From positions 6,142-70,141 of the forward strand of contig JASGFB010000002.1 of NCBI GenBank assembly GCA_047605765.1: 64,000 nucleotides of DNA, written 5' to 3'. The notes beneath the pieces were generated by a model. The model saw only the letters and a list, made by a program, of their open reading frames with translations, did no database searches and had not been told where the DNA came from. This DNA comes from Rhodocyclaceae bacterium. GTDB lineage: Bacteria > Pseudomonadota > Gammaproteobacteria > Burkholderiales > Rhodocyclaceae. Shown piece by piece: positions 61,875 to 64,000 of this stretch; positions within the stretch are counted from its first letter, which is position 1, and every line of letters begins with the position of its first letter. The position numbers and the translations under genes are program-made.

Positions 61875-64000
61875 TCAGGGCGTGGCGTTGATGGTGCGCA
61901 GCCACGCTTCCATGGCTTCGGCGGTCAGCGGTTTGGAGATGAAATACCCTTGCAGCGCATGGCAGCCGCGCAGGGCCAGGAAATCTCGCTGCCCACGCGT
62001 CTCGACCCCTTCCGCCACCACTTCCATCCCCAGGTTGCGCGCCAGCGACAGCGTGGCGGCGGCAATTGCCGCGTCTTCCGGGTCGCCCGGCAGATCCCGC
62101 ACGAACGAGCGATCGAGCTTGAGGCGCTCGATCGGCAGGCGCTTGAGGTAGGCCAGGCTGGAATAGCCGGTGCCGAAATCGTCCAGCGCCAGGCGGATGC
62201 CTTGCGCGCCGATGCGATTGAGGCGGGCGATCAGCTCGTCGGTCGGCGTCATCAGCGCGCTTTCGGTGATCTCCAGTTCAATGCGGTGCGGCCGCGCGCC
62301 GGTCTCGCGCACGATGGCGGCGACGCGCTCGGCGAAATCGGATTGCTGGAACTGCAGCGCCGAGATGTTCACGGCGATCGTCAGGTCCAGGCCCACTTCG
62401 GCCCAGCGCGCCTGCTGGCGACAGGCCGTGCTCAGAATCCAGTCGCCCAGCGAATGGATGAGGCCGGATTCCTCCGCCATCGGTACGAACTGCATCGGTG
62501 CCAGCAGCCCGCGCTCGGGGTGCTGCCAGCGCACCAGCGCCTCGCAGGCCGAGATACGGCTGGTGCCGATGTCCTGCTGCGGCTGATAGTGCAACACTAG
62601 TTCCTGGCGCTCGATGGCGCGGCGCAGGGCCGTTTCGAGCTTGAGCCGTTCGTTGGCGCGCTCATTCATGGCCGGCACGAAATACCGGTAGGTGTTGCGG
62701 CCGGACTGCTTGGCGCCGTACATGGCGACGTCGGCGTGCTTGAGCAGGGTGTCGACGTCGGTGCCGTCTTCGGGGAACAGCGCGATGCCGATGCTCGCCG
62801 AGGCGTTCAGATCCTGTTGATCGATGATCAGCGGCTCATTGAGGGTCGAGATCAGTTTGTCGGCCACCAGGCCAGCGTCGTTGGCCTGCTGCAGGCGCGG
62901 CAGCAGGATCACGAATTCGTCGCCGCCCAGGCGGCCCAGCAGGTCTTCTTCGCGCAGGCTGTCCGACAGGCGTCGCGCCACGGTGGTCAGCATGCGGTCA
63001 CCCATCGGGTGGCCGAGCGAATCGTTCACCGTCTTGAAGTGATCCAGATCGAGGAACAGCACCGCCGCGCGGTCGTGATGCCGCTGCGCCGCCGTCAGCA
63101 TGGTGCCGGCGCGTTCGATCCAGTGCATGCGATTGGGCAGGCCGGTGAGCGCGTCGAAACGCGCCAGGAAATGGATGTGCGCGTCCGCCTCGCGCGCGGC
63201 GGTGACGTTCTGCATGGTGCCGCGCACGCGCATCAGGGCGCCGTCTTCCCATTCGCTTTCGATCTGGCACAGCAGCACCTGGGGGCGTCCGTCGACCAGC
63301 TTGCGGGTGCAGTCGAGCGATACCGTGCGCGCCTCGGCGCGGGCGTCGGCCAGCGCTTGCTGCAGGCGGTTCTGTTGCTCGCCGCGGAAGCGCGCCAGCA
63401 GATCCTCCCAGCCCATCGGCGATGATTCCGGCAGGTCGAGGATGCGCCGTAATTCGGCCGAGCAACTGAAGACACCGTCGGGCGTCATCTCCCAACTGCC
63501 CATGCCGGCAATGCGCTGCGCCTGCAGCAGTTCGGCGCGCTGGGCGGCGAGCTGTTCGCCGGCGTGGGCCAGTTGGGTGGTGCGTTCGGCCACCAGATCC
63601 TCGATGCGGCGCGTGCGGCCGGTGGTGGCCAGCAGGAATGCGCCCAGCATGCCGACCATGCACAGCCCGACGGCCAGCGTCGTCCACACCGCCCAGGTGC
63701 GTCCGGCGCTCATGTAAGCCGGCATGGCGCGCAATTCGATGCGCCATTGGCGACCGGCGAACGGCAGCGGCATCTGCGTGGACAATCCGCGCATGCGCCA
63801 GGCCGCCGAGCCGCACTCGGCATTGCCCGACAGGCGTTGATTGCCCGGCGCGCCGTCGGTGTCGAGCAGGCACAGTTCGATGTTCGAACGCGGCAGATCG
63901 ACCGCCGCGGCGATGGCGTCTTCCATGCGCAACACGCCGGAGATGACGCCGCGCAAGGTGCCGCGTCCGTGTTCGGACGGATAGAACACCGCCTGATAGA
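61875..64000 (-). CDS. Membrane sensor diguanylate cyclase/phosphodiesterase (CHASE-like, PAS-like, GGDEF, EAL); 5' end outside the window
   Basis: RxxD I-site, GGDEF, EAL and DDFGTGYSS all intact; frame stays open to the window end. Confidence 0.92.
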   Translation of the reverse strand, partial: YQAVFYPSEHGRGTLRGVISGVLRMEDAIAAAVDLPRSNIELCLLDTDGAPGNQRLSGNAECGSAAWRMRGLSTQMPLPFAGRQWRIELRAMPAYMSAGRTWAVWTTLAVGLCMVGMLGAFLLATTGRTRRIEDLVAERTTQLAHAGEQLAAQRAELLQAQRIAGMGSWEMTPDGVFSCSAELRRILDLPESSPMGWEDLLARFRGEQQNRLQQALADARAEARTVSLDCTRKLVDGRPQVLLCQIESEWEDGALMRVRGTMQNVTAAREADAHIHFLARFDALTGLPNRMHWIERAGTMLTAAQRHHDRAAVLFLDLDHFKTVNDSLGHPMGDRMLTTVARRLSDSLREEDLLGRLGGDEFVILLPRLQQANDAGLVADKLISTLNEPLIIDQQDLNASASIGIALFPEDGTDVDTLLKHADVAMYGAKQSGRNTYRYFVPAMNERANERLKLETALRRAIERQELVLHYQPQQDIGTSRISACEALVRWQHPERGLLAPMQFVPMAEESGLIHSLGDWILSTACRQQARWAEVGLDLTIAVNISALQFQQSDFAERVAAIVRETGARPHRIELEITESALMTPTDELIARLNRIGAQGIRLALDDFGTGYSSLAYLKRLPIERLKLDRSFVRDLPGDPEDAAIAAATLSLARNLGMEVVAEGVETRGQRDFLALRGCHALQGYFISKPLTAEAMEAWLRTINATP

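Overview
A GC-rich betaproteobacterial chromosome segment (gene content and order resemble Rhodocyclales; inferred, not searched). It is mostly core and metabolic genes. In order: pilZ-tatD; suhB/trmJ; cysE-iscR-(two cysteine desulfurases)-iscUA-hscBA-fdx-iscX; an Entner-Doudoroff/glucose cluster (zwf, glk, edd, glucose ABC transporter, Glk-HexR fusion); hemP followed by an orphan Cys-free ribosomal protein S4 paralog behind a Fur-like box; a poly-Ser-linked pectate lyase lipoprotein; an orphan T6SS Tae4 amidase with two Tai4 immunity genes in a mosaic tandem repeat; typA, MTI phosphorylase, def, fpr and an SOS-boxed UvrD-like helicase; a sigma54/IHF/NtrC-type ABC transporter-GntR-racemase operon; FNR-type pflBA; rhlE with a structured leader; uronate genes (uxaC, SDR-type uxuB, GntR, TRAP); an orphan sigma54-type flagellin; MFS, ychJ, an epimerase, a MocR/DUF2917 divergon with a duplicated operator, and a partial GGDEF-EAL gene. 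No rRNA, tRNA, CRISPR array, transposase or integrase was seen. The best candidates for new biology are the putative iron-regulated hemP-rpsD2 unit, the tae4-tai4-tai4 immunity cassette, the nitrogen-regulated transporter with a one-cysteine racemase homolog, and the rhlE leader pseudoknot. All assignments come from recognising motifs by eye; no database searches were run.
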